Part shown: positions 20,250 to 29,849 of the stretch, piece after piece | Layout: each line of letters starts with the position of its first letter | How positions within the stretch are numbered: the first letter of the stretch is position 1 | Assembly: GCA_045631605.1 (NCBI GenBank) | Contig: JAZQVB010000052.1 | Span: 1 to 54,568 of the forward strand | Direction: 5' to 3' | From: Anaeroplasma sp. | GTDB lineage: Bacteria; Bacillota_I; Bacilli_A; Acholeplasmatales; Anaeroplasmataceae | Length of the DNA stretch: 54,568 bases | Translations under genes and position numbers: made by a program | Notes under the pieces: generated by a model | Told to the model about the DNA's origin: nothing | The model's input: the letters and a program-made list of their open reading frames with translations, nothing else | Database searches by the model: none

Positions 20250-21590
20250 ATGGTAGATAATATTTGCGCAATCGCATCTGCGTATGGGGTAGGGGCAATA
20301 TCTATAATTAGATGTAGTGGTCCTGATGCGATAAGCTTGGTAAATAATGTATTCAAAGGTAAAAATTTAAATAAATGTAAAACTCATACTATTCATTATG
20401 GATATATAATGGATGGAGATGAAATTGTAGATGAGGTTGTTTGTAATCTATTTGTAGGACCTAAATCATTTGATGGAGAAAACACAGTTGAAATTAATTG
20501 CCATGGTGGTATTTATGTTACTAATAGAGTGTTACAGGTATTGCTTCAAAATGGATTTAGAATGGCAGAAAACGGAGAATTCTCAAAAAGGGCGTTCTTA
20601 AATAAAAGATTAGATCTAACTCAGGCTGAAGCTATTATGGATATAATTTCTGCAGGCAATAGCTTAGCATTAAGCTCATCTAATCAATCGTTACGAAGCT
20701 CTACATCTAAGCTAATAAAGAAATTTAGAGATAAGCTTTTAGATTTATTAGCTAAAATAGAGGTTAATATAGACTATCCTGAATATGAAGACGCAGTTGA
20801 GGTAACTAATGAATATCTTAAGCCTATAGTTCTAGAAATGCTTGTAGATATGAAGCAAATCTTGAAAAATTCAGAAATTTCAACAATAGCTATTCATGGT
20901 ATTAAAACAGCAATAGTAGGTAAGCCTAATGTAGGTAAAAGTAGCTTGCTTAATATGCTGTTAGATGAGGAAAAGGCAATTGTTTCTTCAATCGCAGGCA
21001 CAACTAGAGATATGATTGAAGGTACATTAAATATTAGAAATGTTACTCTTCATTTAATAGATACTGCAGGTATCCACGAAAGCACAGATTATGTTGAAGC
21101 CATAGGTATTCAAAGAAGCCAAAAGGCAATTAGCGATGCCGATTTAGTTTTATTAGTTCTAGATTCATCTAACGAATTAGAGGAAGAGGATCATAAGCTA
21201 TTAGAATTAACAAAAAACAAAAAAAGAATTATTATTGCTAATAAGCAGGATTTAAATCCAAAATGGAAAATGGATGAATGTATCTACATATCAGCTAAAA
21301 ACAAGGATGGATTAGAAGCCTTAGCTGATAAGATATTAGAAATTACAAGCATTAATACATTTAATGAATTAAATGGTAACTACTTAAACAACAATAGACA
21401 AATATCCCTTATGAATAAGGCATACAAATCATTAATATCAGCACGAAATGCAATTGATATGCTGATGGATATTGATTTAATTGCGATAGATATCAAGGAA
21501 GCATTTGATTATTTAGGCGAAATAACAGGAGAAACACATCCTGAGGAGCTTATAACGGCGTTATTCACAAAATTCTGTTTAGGAAAGTAA
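20250..21590 (+). CDS. mnmE: tRNA modification GTPase MnmE
   Basis: EINCHGG, GKPNVGKSSLLN, GTTRD, DTAG, NKQD, C-terminal FCLGK. Confidence 0.97.
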   Translation: MVDNICAIASAYGVGAISIIRCSGPDAISLVNNVFKGKNLNKCKTHTIHYGYIMDGDEIVDEVVCNLFVGPKSFDGENTVEINCHGGIYVTNRVLQVLLQNGFRMAENGEFSKRAFLNKRLDLTQAEAIMDIISAGNSLALSSSNQSLRSSTSKLIKKFRDKLLDLLAKIEVNIDYPEYEDAVEVTNEYLKPIVLEMLVDMKQILKNSEISTIAIHGIKTAIVGKPNVGKSSLLNMLLDEEKAIVSSIAGTTRDMIEGTLNIRNVTLHLIDTAGIHESTDYVEAIGIQRSQKAISDADLVLLVLDSSNELEEEDHKLLELTKNKKRIIIANKQDLNPKWKMDECIYISAKNKDGLEALADKILEITSINTFNELNGNYLNNNRQISLMNKAYKSLISARNAIDMLMDIDLIAIDIKEAFDYLGEITGETHPEELITALFTKFCLGK

Positions 21591-21600
21591 ATAAGAAAAT

Positions 21601-21629
21601 GGCTCTGTTCAAAAACGAACAGAGCCTTT
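21601..21629. terminator. Bidirectional terminator
   Basis: ggctctgttc-aaaaac-gaacagagcc between convergent genes. Confidence 0.75.
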
Positions 21630-21634
21630 ATTAT

Positions 21635-22003
21635 TTAATCAATATAATAAACAATAGTACCGTATTTGTTTGATGGAGAAGACGATTGTCTTACGAATCC
21701 TTCAGAATCGATATAATAACGAATAGCGCCATATTTATTAGAAGGAGAAGACGACTGTCTTACAAATCTATCAGAGTCAATGTAGAAAACGATATTTCCA
21801 TATTTATTAGAAGGTGATGAAGACTGTCTCACAAAACCATCCGATCCGATATAATAAACGATATTACCATACTTGTTAGAAGGAGAAGACGATTGTCTTA
21901 CAAATCCCTCAGAATCAATATAATAAACAATAGTGCCATATTTGTTTGATGGAGAAGACGAAAGCCTAACAAATGAATTATATAAATAAGACATTACGTT
22001 CAT
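21635..22003 (-). CDS. Small protein made of five 23-aa tandem repeats
   Basis: FVRQSSSPSNKYG(N/T/A)IVYYIDS(E/D)G x5; ATG at 22003 after GAGGT RBS. Confidence 0.8.
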   Translation of the reverse strand: MNVMSYLYNSFVRLSSSPSNKYGTIVYYIDSEGFVRQSSSPSNKYGNIVYYIGSDGFVRQSSSPSNKYGNIVFYIDSDRFVRQSSSPSNKYGAIRYYIDSEGFVRQSSSPSNKYGTIVYYID

Positions 22004-22016
22004 AAATGTTACCTCG

Positions 22017-23012
22017 CTATTTATAAGAAATTTTAATGTTGTTATTAACAACCTCTACTGTAGCTAAACCGCCACAGCGGATTGGTAATGTTGGTCCTAA
22101 ATGACCAATAGGTGCATCTAATATAATTGGCACATTAAATTCTTTTAATATATCTAAATAAGAATCATTAATGCTTACACCAAATGATTTGTCATAATAA
22201 TTTAAGCTTCTACCTATAACAAACATTTTTACATTTGAAAACCAACCAGCATATTTAAGCTGAGTTAATATTCTTCTAACAGAAATAGAGTTCAATTCGC
22301 AAGCTTCAAAGAAAAAGATAATTCCTTCATTCTTATGATTTTCTATATATTCCATAGTATTATCAAATTTTGTGCCACAAATAGTTGATAAGCAATCTAA
22401 ACATCCACCAATAATTCTTCCTTCAACAGGATTAGTATAATTGTTAGCAATAATTTTTGTTCTTTTATCGAAATTATATTTGGCTAATGGATTATCATTC
22501 TTCTTATTAAGCTGAAAGCTTTTGTATCCAGAAAAGTCTTTTTCTCCATGAAGCATATTCCATAAATCTAATGAATCATATTTAAATGGATAGCTATAGA
22601 AGCTTGCCGCGTGAACGCCATAAATAGTTTCTATATCACAAATAGTAGTAATAGTATATGTAAGATTAGTGTTATCAGAATAACCAGAAAACCATTTTGG
22701 ATTATTTTTTATATAATTAAAATCAATGTATTCTAGTGTTTCAATCATTGTTTCTCCACCACCAACAGACATAATCGCATCGCAATTGCTTTTCCAAGTC
22801 TCGTTAAACTCTCTAGCTCTAAGCTCTGGCGTGTTACTGCCGGCAACGCCATCATTTTTATAGACATTATCACCTAATACCACATTGTAGCCTAGTTTTT
22901 TAAAGTTTTTTAAAGATTCTTCTAATCTTTCCTTGTAAGGAGATGTCGTACAGCCAAATGATGGCGCTACAAGATAAATATTAGAGTTTTTATTAATAAA
23001 TTTTGGAATCAC
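22017..23012 (-). CDS. S66 family peptidase (LD-carboxypeptidase/MccF-like)
   Basis: VAPS, GYSDNT (catalytic Ser), GRIIGGCL, FFEACE, IGH. GTG start at 23012 after GGGGTG. Confidence 0.88.
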   Translation of the reverse strand: MIPKFINKNSNIYLVAPSFGCTTSPYKERLEESLKNFKKLGYNVVLGDNVYKNDGVAGSNTPELRAREFNETWKSNCDAIMSVGGGETMIETLEYIDFNYIKNNPKWFSGYSDNTNLTYTITTICDIETIYGVHAASFYSYPFKYDSLDLWNMLHGEKDFSGYKSFQLNKKNDNPLAKYNFDKRTKIIANNYTNPVEGRIIGGCLDCLSTICGTKFDNTMEYIENHKNEGIIFFFEACELNSISVRRILTQLKYAGWFSNVKMFVIGRSLNYYDKSFGVSINDSYLDILKEFNVPIILDAPIGHLGPTLPIRCGGLATVEVVNNNIKISYK

Positions 23013-23133
23013 ATTATCACCCCATAAGTATATTTTATAATATAATAAAAAAATTTCAACTAAAGAACAAAAAACCATAATTTTTTGATTATTTCGTGAT
23101 ATAATACCTATAATGAGTAGAAAGGTGTTTTTT

Positions 23134-23673
23134 ATGAGTCAAAATATAGGAAAGAAAATTTTAAATGTATTATTCCCTAGAAAAGAAAAGGTTAAGGAAA
23201 ATCCGGGTGTTATAGATCATTACGATTGCAAACCATACCATAACTTTAGATGGGCATTAATATATAGTGGCGAAAAGCAATTAATCGGTAAGGAAGGAGA
23301 AAACATTGAGGTTTTCTCTAGAATATATAAGGATACTGTTTTTGTAAATGTATTAGTTAATAAGGAAGAGGGCTTTGATATAAGCGAATATTCTATTGAT
23401 AAATTAAAGCCATTACTTGAGAAAAACGAATTAACAGAATACAAAAACTCAATCGTTTTTGTATTATTCCAGCATACAAATGAATTTACAATTTCTCAAT
23501 GTAAGAAATTCTGTACATCAGATAAAAACAACTTCCAACAGGGCTGTGTTTTTAATCCCAAAAATGTTCAAATGGATTTCTATAAGCCAGTACCTAAATT
23601 CTATAATCTATATGATAAGTTCTGTGAAAATATTTATTTTGATTTAGCGTTTATTGATGATACAAAGCGATGA
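23134..23673 (+). CDS. Hypothetical protein
   Basis: 180-codon ORF with AAAGGTG RBS; ATGA overlap with the next gene. Confidence 0.7.
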   Translation: MSQNIGKKILNVLFPRKEKVKENPGVIDHYDCKPYHNFRWALIYSGEKQLIGKEGENIEVFSRIYKDTVFVNVLVNKEEGFDISEYSIDKLKPLLEKNELTEYKNSIVFVLFQHTNEFTISQCKKFCTSDKNNFQQGCVFNPKNVQMDFYKPVPKFYNLYDKFCENIYFDLAFIDDTKR

Positions 23674-24311
23674 TTAAAAATATAAAAACAAGAACCCTAT
23701 GGATAATAGTAGGTATTCTATTTCTATTAGCTATAGGATTAATAGTTGCCTGTGCATATACAGACGAAAGCTTAAATAAGCTAGTAATAGTTCTTTTAAC
23801 GATTGATTTTATTGCGTTAACAATATTAGTTCAATACACATCGTTAAGAACGTTTAAATATAAGCCTAAATTAGTAAATTACCCACAAAAGAATTATATA
23901 TCAGATATAGAAATTGAAGAAATTTTACAAAAGAAATACAAAAAAAGAAGTAGAATTTATGGAGATAGCTATTTAAAAATAGAAAATAAGGTTGCATACA
24001 AGGTTTCTTTAATTACAGATATTAAAGCATATTTTGAGCCGGAAGAGGAAATAAATGAAAAGCCTAATAAGGAATTAGAAAAATGCACTAAATTTGTTGG
24101 TCTAGAAATATTTGTTGATGTAACTGAGGAGGCTTTGAGTAAAATCGTAGAATTTTCTATTCAAGGTGAAAATGTTTATTATACAGCCCTTATTAAAAAG
24201 GGAAACGAATATTTATGCCTTAACCATTTAGAGCCTAATGAAATTCATAAGGAAAATGTAGAAAAGCTATATAAGGAATTACAATTAAATGTAGTAGAGG
24301 AAGCTCAGTAA
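23670..24311 (+). CDS. Hypothetical membrane protein (two N-terminal TM helices)
   Basis: Two hydrophobic segments; translational coupling; terminator aagctcag/ctgagctt follows. Confidence 0.7.
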   Translation: MIKNIKTRTLWIIVGILFLLAIGLIVACAYTDESLNKLVIVLLTIDFIALTILVQYTSLRTFKYKPKLVNYPQKNYISDIEIEEILQKKYKKRSRIYGDSYLKIENKVAYKVSLITDIKAYFEPEEEINEKPNKELEKCTKFVGLEIFVDVTEEALSKIVEFSIQGENVYYTALIKKGNEYLCLNHLEPNEIHKENVEKLYKELQLNVVEEAQ

Positions 24312-24383
24312 TCTGAGCTTTTTTTGCGTGATTTTTTCCAAAAGTATTTAATTTTTATTACATTAGGTGTATAATGATTTTGG

Positions 24384-24794
24384 GTGGTTACTATGTGGAA
24401 AATTAAAAATGCAGAATATGCAGATCATATTAGAGTTCATAGAGGGCTTTATTATCATCATGGAATATACGCAAATGATAATTGTATCTATCATTTTGCA
24501 GCTCCAGAGGGCTCTGAAATCAGCGAGGAAAACGCAATTGTTTGTGTAACAACATTAGAAAAATTCTTAAATGGTGGATTATTAGAGGTTAGAGAATATA
24601 CTGAAGAGGAGCTACAATCTAAAAAAAGACCTGATGAAATAATTGCGTATGCAAAGGATCACTTAGGTGAGATGGGATACAACCTGATAAGCAATAATTG
24701 TGAGCATTTTGCCAACAGATGTGTAATGGGAAAAAGCGAGAGCAATCAGGTTCAAGATATCTTTAATTTTATTATGGGAGTGTTAAATAAATGA
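24384..24794 (+). CDS. LRAT/HRASLS-family (permuted NlpC/P60) protein
   Basis: YYHHGIY and YNLISNNCEHFAN motifs. Confidence 0.85.
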   Translation: MVTMWKIKNAEYADHIRVHRGLYYHHGIYANDNCIYHFAAPEGSEISEENAIVCVTTLEKFLNGGLLEVREYTEEELQSKKRPDEIIAYAKDHLGEMGYNLISNNCEHFANRCVMGKSESNQVQDIFNFIMGVLNK

Positions 24795-25678
24795 GAATAG
24801 GTATAGATGTTGGTGGTACAACAGTTAAAATAGGAATAATAGATGATAAAAAAATAATTGACAGCTTTGTTGTAGAAACAAAAAAGGAAACATTGTTTGT
24901 TGATGTATGCGAGGCTGTTAAACAATATTTAGCTGATAAAAGCTATCAAATAGAATTTATTGGCTTCGGCCTTCCGGGTCATGTTGTAAATGGATTTATT
25001 TATAATTTACCTAATGTAGGAATTAGAAATGTAGATTTAAAAAAGATTGTTAAAAAATATTTCCCGGATGTTTGTATGCAAGCTACTAATGACGCAAATG
25101 CAGCGGCATTAGGAGAAGCAATTGCTGATGAAAACATGCCTAAATCAAGCTATATGATAACGCTTGGTACAGGTGTTGGTGGTGGATATGTTTACGATTA
25201 TAAGGTTGTTGATGGACATCATTCATCTTGTGGAGAAGTAGGACATATGTATGTCGATTACGTACACAATTATGAATGCAGCTGCGGGCTTAAGGGCTGT
25301 TTAGAAACTGTTGCCTCTGCTACAGGTATTGTTAGAGTAGCTAAGGAATATTTTAATTCCTATGAAACATCATTAGATATAAATAATTTATCTGCAAAGT
25401 CAGTATTTGACGCTGCTAAAAATAAAGACCCGCTTGGACTATTTGTTTTTGATAAGGTTTGTTCATATTTAGGAAGAGGATTAGCTACAATTGCTGCATG
25501 TACTGATGTAGAGGTGTTTTACATTGGTGGTGGTGTGTCAGCATGTGGTGAGATTTTAATTGAAGGAATTACAAAATATTATAAGGAGTATGCACATTAC
25601 GCAATGAAATCTACTAGAATTACATTAGCTAAGCTTGGTAATTCTGCAGGTATGCTAGGTGCTGCATATTTAAAATAA
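24791..25678 (+). CDS. glcK: ROK family sugar kinase (glucokinase-like)
   Basis: IGIDVGGT, NDANAAALGE, TLGTGVGGG, GEVGH, CSCGLKGCLE. Confidence 0.85.
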   Translation: MRIGIDVGGTTVKIGIIDDKKIIDSFVVETKKETLFVDVCEAVKQYLADKSYQIEFIGFGLPGHVVNGFIYNLPNVGIRNVDLKKIVKKYFPDVCMQATNDANAAALGEAIADENMPKSSYMITLGTGVGGGYVYDYKVVDGHHSSCGEVGHMYVDYVHNYECSCGLKGCLETVASATGIVRVAKEYFNSYETSLDINNLSAKSVFDAAKNKDPLGLFVFDKVCSYLGRGLATIAACTDVEVFYIGGGVSACGEILIEGITKYYKEYAHYAMKSTRITLAKLGNSAGMLGAAYLK

Positions 25679-26376
25679 TGAGCAAAATTACACCGATTTC
25701 AACAAAAATATACAAGCCTGAAACATTAACATGTCCAAAATGTGGTCAAGGACTTAAATATGTTTATACTGTCAGTAATAAAGTTATTCAATTTACATCT
25801 GGGAAGCATATAAGGGTAAAAAATTTAGGATATTCTTGTCCATGCTGTAACGATAAAAATGTATATACATCATTAACTGCAGGTAAGCTAAGCTTTAAGG
25901 GGTATACGTATTCAGCGAAGGTAATATGTATGATTGATTATTATAAAAGAAAGCATGTTGGAAGAGAAGGAATATGTGATCTTTTAGCGAACAAGGATAT
26001 AGAAATATCTGATAGAAATATAGATATAATACATAAAAAATTCTTAAGCTTTTATAATTTAAATTCAGAAGAAATCTACAATCAATATAAGAAAATGGAA
26101 GAAAAATATGGCGAAATTAGATTATCGCTAGATTTTATAACTATAGCTAATAGCCGCTATGTAATAATGTATAACGGATTTAATGGAGATTTAATTGCTT
26201 TATTTATTTTCCCTGAATATAGTGAGGAAAAGGCAAAAGAGGAATTAGGTAAATATATAAATTCTACAATTGGTATTAGTAAGATTATTACAGTTAGACC
26301 ATTTTCTAAGTTTATGCCGATTGTTAAATCATTAGTTGATAAAACGACAGAAATAATATCATATATAAAATTTTAG
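25678..26376 (+). CDS. Zn-ribbon/HTH protein resembling a truncated DDE transposase
   Basis: CPKC...CPCC, helical EGICDLL..KDIEISDRNI, RNase-H-like IRLSLD; TAATG coupling to glcK. Confidence 0.55.
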   Translation: MSKITPISTKIYKPETLTCPKCGQGLKYVYTVSNKVIQFTSGKHIRVKNLGYSCPCCNDKNVYTSLTAGKLSFKGYTYSAKVICMIDYYKRKHVGREGICDLLANKDIEISDRNIDIIHKKFLSFYNLNSEEIYNQYKKMEEKYGEIRLSLDFITIANSRYVIMYNGFNGDLIALFIFPEYSEEKAKEELGKYINSTIGISKIITVRPFSKFMPIVKSLVDKTTEIISYIKF

Positions 26377-26385
26377 GAGAGAATT

Positions 26386-27411
26386 ATGAAATATAGCTTT
26401 AAAAATGATTATTCAAGCATCGCACATCCGCTTGTTTTACAAAAACTTTTAGATTCACAAAACGAGCAATGTGTAGGATACGGATTAGATCAACATACGG
26501 AAAACGCAAAAAATTTAATAAAAGACAAAATTAAAAAGGATTCAAAAATTTATTTTGTTACGGGAGGCACCCAAGCTAATATGATAGTAATATCATCTAT
26601 CTTGCGTCCTCACGAGGCAGTTATATGCGCAGATACAGGACATATAAATGTTCACGAAACAGGAGCTATCGAGGGTAGAGGACACAAATGTCTTACAATT
26701 CCAACAAATGACGGCAAAGTAACAATTGAAGAGGTTGAGAAGATTTTAAATGCACATTTAGATTGTCATATGGTTAAGCCAAAGATGGTTTATATATCAA
26801 ACTCTACAGAGGTAGGAACTGTATATAATAAGGATGAGCTTATAAAATTATACAAATTTTGCAAGGACAAGGGTTTATATTTATATCTAGATGGTGCAAG
26901 ACTAGCTTCTGCGCTTGCTGCATCGGATATTACATATGAGGACTTAGGAAGCTATACTGATGTATTTTACATTGGTGGTACAAAAAACGGTGGTTACATA
27001 GGAGAGGCTATTGTAATTAATAATTTAAGCCTAGGTGATGATTTTGATTATTTAATTAAGCATTTTGGTGGTATGCTTGCAAAGGGCTTTGTTGGTGCTA
27101 TTCCGTTTGAGGTTTTGATGGATGGTAATTTATATTACGATATAGGAAAAAAGGAAAACGAAGCAGCGGCATTTATATCTAAGGAACTAAAAGAGTTAGG
27201 ATTCGAATTTTTAAGCGATTCCCCTACAAATCAAATTTTTCCGATAGTTCCAAATTATATTTTAGATGACCTATATAATGAATTTTTATACGAAATTTGG
27301 CAGCCTATAAACGAAGAATATACGGCAATTAGGTTCGTTACTAGCTTTACAACTAGACCATTACATTGTAAAATGCTAATAGAATGCATAAAAAATCTTA
27401 TAAATAGGTAA
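26386..27411 (+). CDS. ltaE: Low-specificity L-threonine aldolase
   Basis: SFKNDY, GGTQAN, HETGAIE, LYLDGARL, GGTKNG (PLP lysine). Confidence 0.88.
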   Translation: MKYSFKNDYSSIAHPLVLQKLLDSQNEQCVGYGLDQHTENAKNLIKDKIKKDSKIYFVTGGTQANMIVISSILRPHEAVICADTGHINVHETGAIEGRGHKCLTIPTNDGKVTIEEVEKILNAHLDCHMVKPKMVYISNSTEVGTVYNKDELIKLYKFCKDKGLYLYLDGARLASALAASDITYEDLGSYTDVFYIGGTKNGGYIGEAIVINNLSLGDDFDYLIKHFGGMLAKGFVGAIPFEVLMDGNLYYDIGKKENEAAAFISKELKELGFEFLSDSPTNQIFPIVPNYILDDLYNEFLYEIWQPINEEYTAIRFVTSFTTRPLHCKMLIECIKNLINR

Positions 27412-27524
27412 AATTTGAATTATTTTCAAAAAAATATTTAAAAATTTGAATAATGTTTGACAAACTGCCCTTTTAGTGATAAAATATTGATAATTATTTA
27501 GTTAGTTTGAAAGGGGTGTTCATT

Positions 27525-27995
27525 TTGTCAACTATTAATTTCGATGAGTATGATAAGAAAATTATTCAATACTTACAAGAGGATTCATCTATTTCTAACA
27601 TTGATTTATCTAAGAAGATTGGTTTAGCTCCATCTTCGTGCTTACTAAGAGTTAAAAACCTTAAGGAGCAAAAGGTGTTAAAGAGTTTTACAGCTGTAGT
27701 AGATGAAAAAATGCTAGGATTTGAAATTACATGTTTTGCAAAGGTGGCTATGGCTCCATTAAACAGAGAAACTTCAACAAAATTCATTGAAGAAGCAATG
27801 AGAATTCCTGAAATTGTTGAGTGCTATACTATTACAGGAGAGGCAGCCTTTTTGTTAAAAATAGTTGCCAAGAGCTTCCAATACTATCGTGACTTTGTTT
27901 TTGATAAGCTATTATCTGTGCCACATGTTTCTAACATTGAAACATCAATCGTTGTTTGCACAGAGAAAAAGTCAACTGTAATTCCATTAGACTAA
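27525..27995 (+). CDS. Lrp/AsnC family transcriptional regulator
   Basis: D.KII..LQED..ISN.DLSKKIGLAPSSCL.RV, IVECYTITGE. Confidence 0.92.
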   Translation: MSTINFDEYDKKIIQYLQEDSSISNIDLSKKIGLAPSSCLLRVKNLKEQKVLKSFTAVVDEKMLGFEITCFAKVAMAPLNRETSTKFIEEAMRIPEIVECYTITGEAAFLLKIVAKSFQYYRDFVFDKLLSVPHVSNIETSIVVCTEKKSTVIPLD

Positions 27996-28037
27996 TAGGA
28001 GGAGCCTTAGGCTCCTTTTATTTTCCGGAGGAAAAAT

Positions 28038-29849
28038 ATGAAGGGATTAATAAAAATATTTAAATGGAGTTTAAAATATATTCCAATACTTGTATTAATT
28101 GTTTTTCTTTGTTCAGTATTACAGCTAATGTATTCATATTTACCTTTATTTGTTAAATACGCCTTTGGAGTTTTAGGCTATGGTAATAAGGATGTAGCAT
28201 TACCAGGCTTTTTACTTAAATGGTATGAAACAAAGACAGAGGTATTAGATATAATACTTGTTGTAAGCTTATCTATGATAGGACTACAATTTATAAGATC
28301 TATAATGAGATTTATGGCTAATTACTATCAAGGAGCATTATCTCATTATATTGGATTTGATATGAGAAATAAGATATATAATCATGTATGTGACTTACCT
28401 TTTTCATATCATAACAACGCGGATGTTGGCGATTTAATTCAACGCTCAACATCAGATGTTGATCAAATAAGTAATTTTGTTGCGGCGCAATTACCTAACT
28501 TTATTAACATTTTCGTTACTGTAGGTATAGGTGCATATCAGGTTTATTTAATATCACCACAACTAATGCTAGTAAGTGTATCGGTTATGCCTATTACAGC
28601 GATATCATCTATTTTATATTTTAAATATTGTAATAAGCTTTTTGATCAAATTGAGGAATCGGAAAGTAATATGACTACGATAATACAGGAAAATGTAAAT
28701 GGTGCAAGAGTAGTTAGAGCATTCGCAAACGAAAAATATGAATTTGAAAAAATGGATAAGGCTAATTTAGATTATTCTAAAAAGAATTCTAAATTCTTAA
28801 CTATTATGTCGTTTTTCTGGGGCTTTAGCGATTGTCTAGTCTTTTTACAATACGCAGTAACATTATTAGTAGGTATTAATTTAGCTAAGCAAGGTAAGCT
28901 AGATGGTAGTGATATTATTGGATGCTTATTATTAATGAATATGCTAATTTGGCCAATGCGTGGATTAGGACGTACTATCGCTAATTTCGGTAAGGCTAAT
29001 GTTGCGGCAAAAAGAATTAATGAGCTATTAGAAATTGATAGCGAATTTGAAATAAACGGCAGCTTAACGCCTGAAATAAAAGGAAATATTGAATTTAAGA
29101 ACGTTACATTTAGATTCAAGGATGATAATAGAGCGCTATTAAATGATATTAGCTTTAAGATAAAGGCCGGTCAAACAATTGCCCTTGTAGGTAAAACAGG
29201 TAGTGGTAAATCTACAATTTGTAATATTTTAGCTAGATTCCTAGAATATGATACTGGAAATGTATTAATTGATGGTGTTGAATTAAAGGATATAGATAAA
29301 AAGCATTTAAGATCAAATGTGAAATACATATTGCAGGATCCATACCTATTTTCTAAAACGGTATATGATAATATAGCTATATCTACAAATAACATATCTA
29401 GCGAAAGAGTTTATGAGGCCGCAAGGGATGCAGCAATACATAATGAGGTTATGAAATTTGAGCAAGGCTATAAAACTATAGTTGGTGAGAAAGGTACTAC
29501 CCTATCTGGTGGACAAAAGCAAAGGGTTGCTATCGCAAGAATGCTTGTAACGGATTCGCCAGTTATAATATTTGATGACTCGTTATCTGCCTTAGATACC
29601 AAAACAGATGTATTAATAAGAGAAGCACTAAAGAAAAAGAATAAGGATCAAACAATGATTATAATAACTCATCGTACAACTACAGCTAAGGAATCAGACC
29701 TGATTTTGGTTTTAGATGAAGGCAAAATAGCTCAAATGGGGACACATGATGAGTTGGTCGATCAAGAGGGTCTATATAAAAAGCTTTGGGGCATTCAAGG
29801 AGCTCTTGAGGAAGAATTCTTTGAGGTTTTAAGAAAGGATGGTGAATAA
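28038..29849 (+). CDS. Heterodimeric ABC exporter, subunit with degenerate Walker B
   Basis: TMD plus GKTGSGKST, LSGGQKQR, IIFDDSLS. Confidence 0.9.
   Translation: MKGLIKIFKWSLKYIPILVLIVFLCSVLQLMYSYLPLFVKYAFGVLGYGNKDVALPGFLLKWYETKTEVLDIILVVSLSMIGLQFIRSIMRFMANYYQGALSHYIGFDMRNKIYNHVCDLPFSYHNNADVGDLIQRSTSDVDQISNFVAAQLPNFINIFVTVGIGAYQVYLISPQLMLVSVSVMPITAISSILYFKYCNKLFDQIEESESNMTTIIQENVNGARVVRAFANEKYEFEKMDKANLDYSKKNSKFLTIMSFFWGFSDCLVFLQYAVTLLVGINLAKQGKLDGSDIIGCLLLMNMLIWPMRGLGRTIANFGKANVAAKRINELLEIDSEFEINGSLTPEIKGNIEFKNVTFRFKDDNRALLNDISFKIKAGQTIALVGKTGSGKSTICNILARFLEYDTGNVLIDGVELKDIDKKHLRSNVKYILQDPYLFSKTVYDNIAISTNNISSERVYEAARDAAIHNEVMKFEQGYKTIVGEKGTTLSGGQKQRVAIARMLVTDSPVIIFDDSLSALDTKTDVLIREALKKKNKDQTMIIITHRTTTAKESDLILVLDEGKIAQMGTHDELVDQEGLYKKLWGIQGALEEEFFEVLRKDGE

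Noticed and set aside
21635-21980. 69-nt periodic repeat as a possible CRISPR array
   Set aside because: No invariant repeat with unique spacers; variation is mostly synonymous within an ORF; no cas genes in the window.
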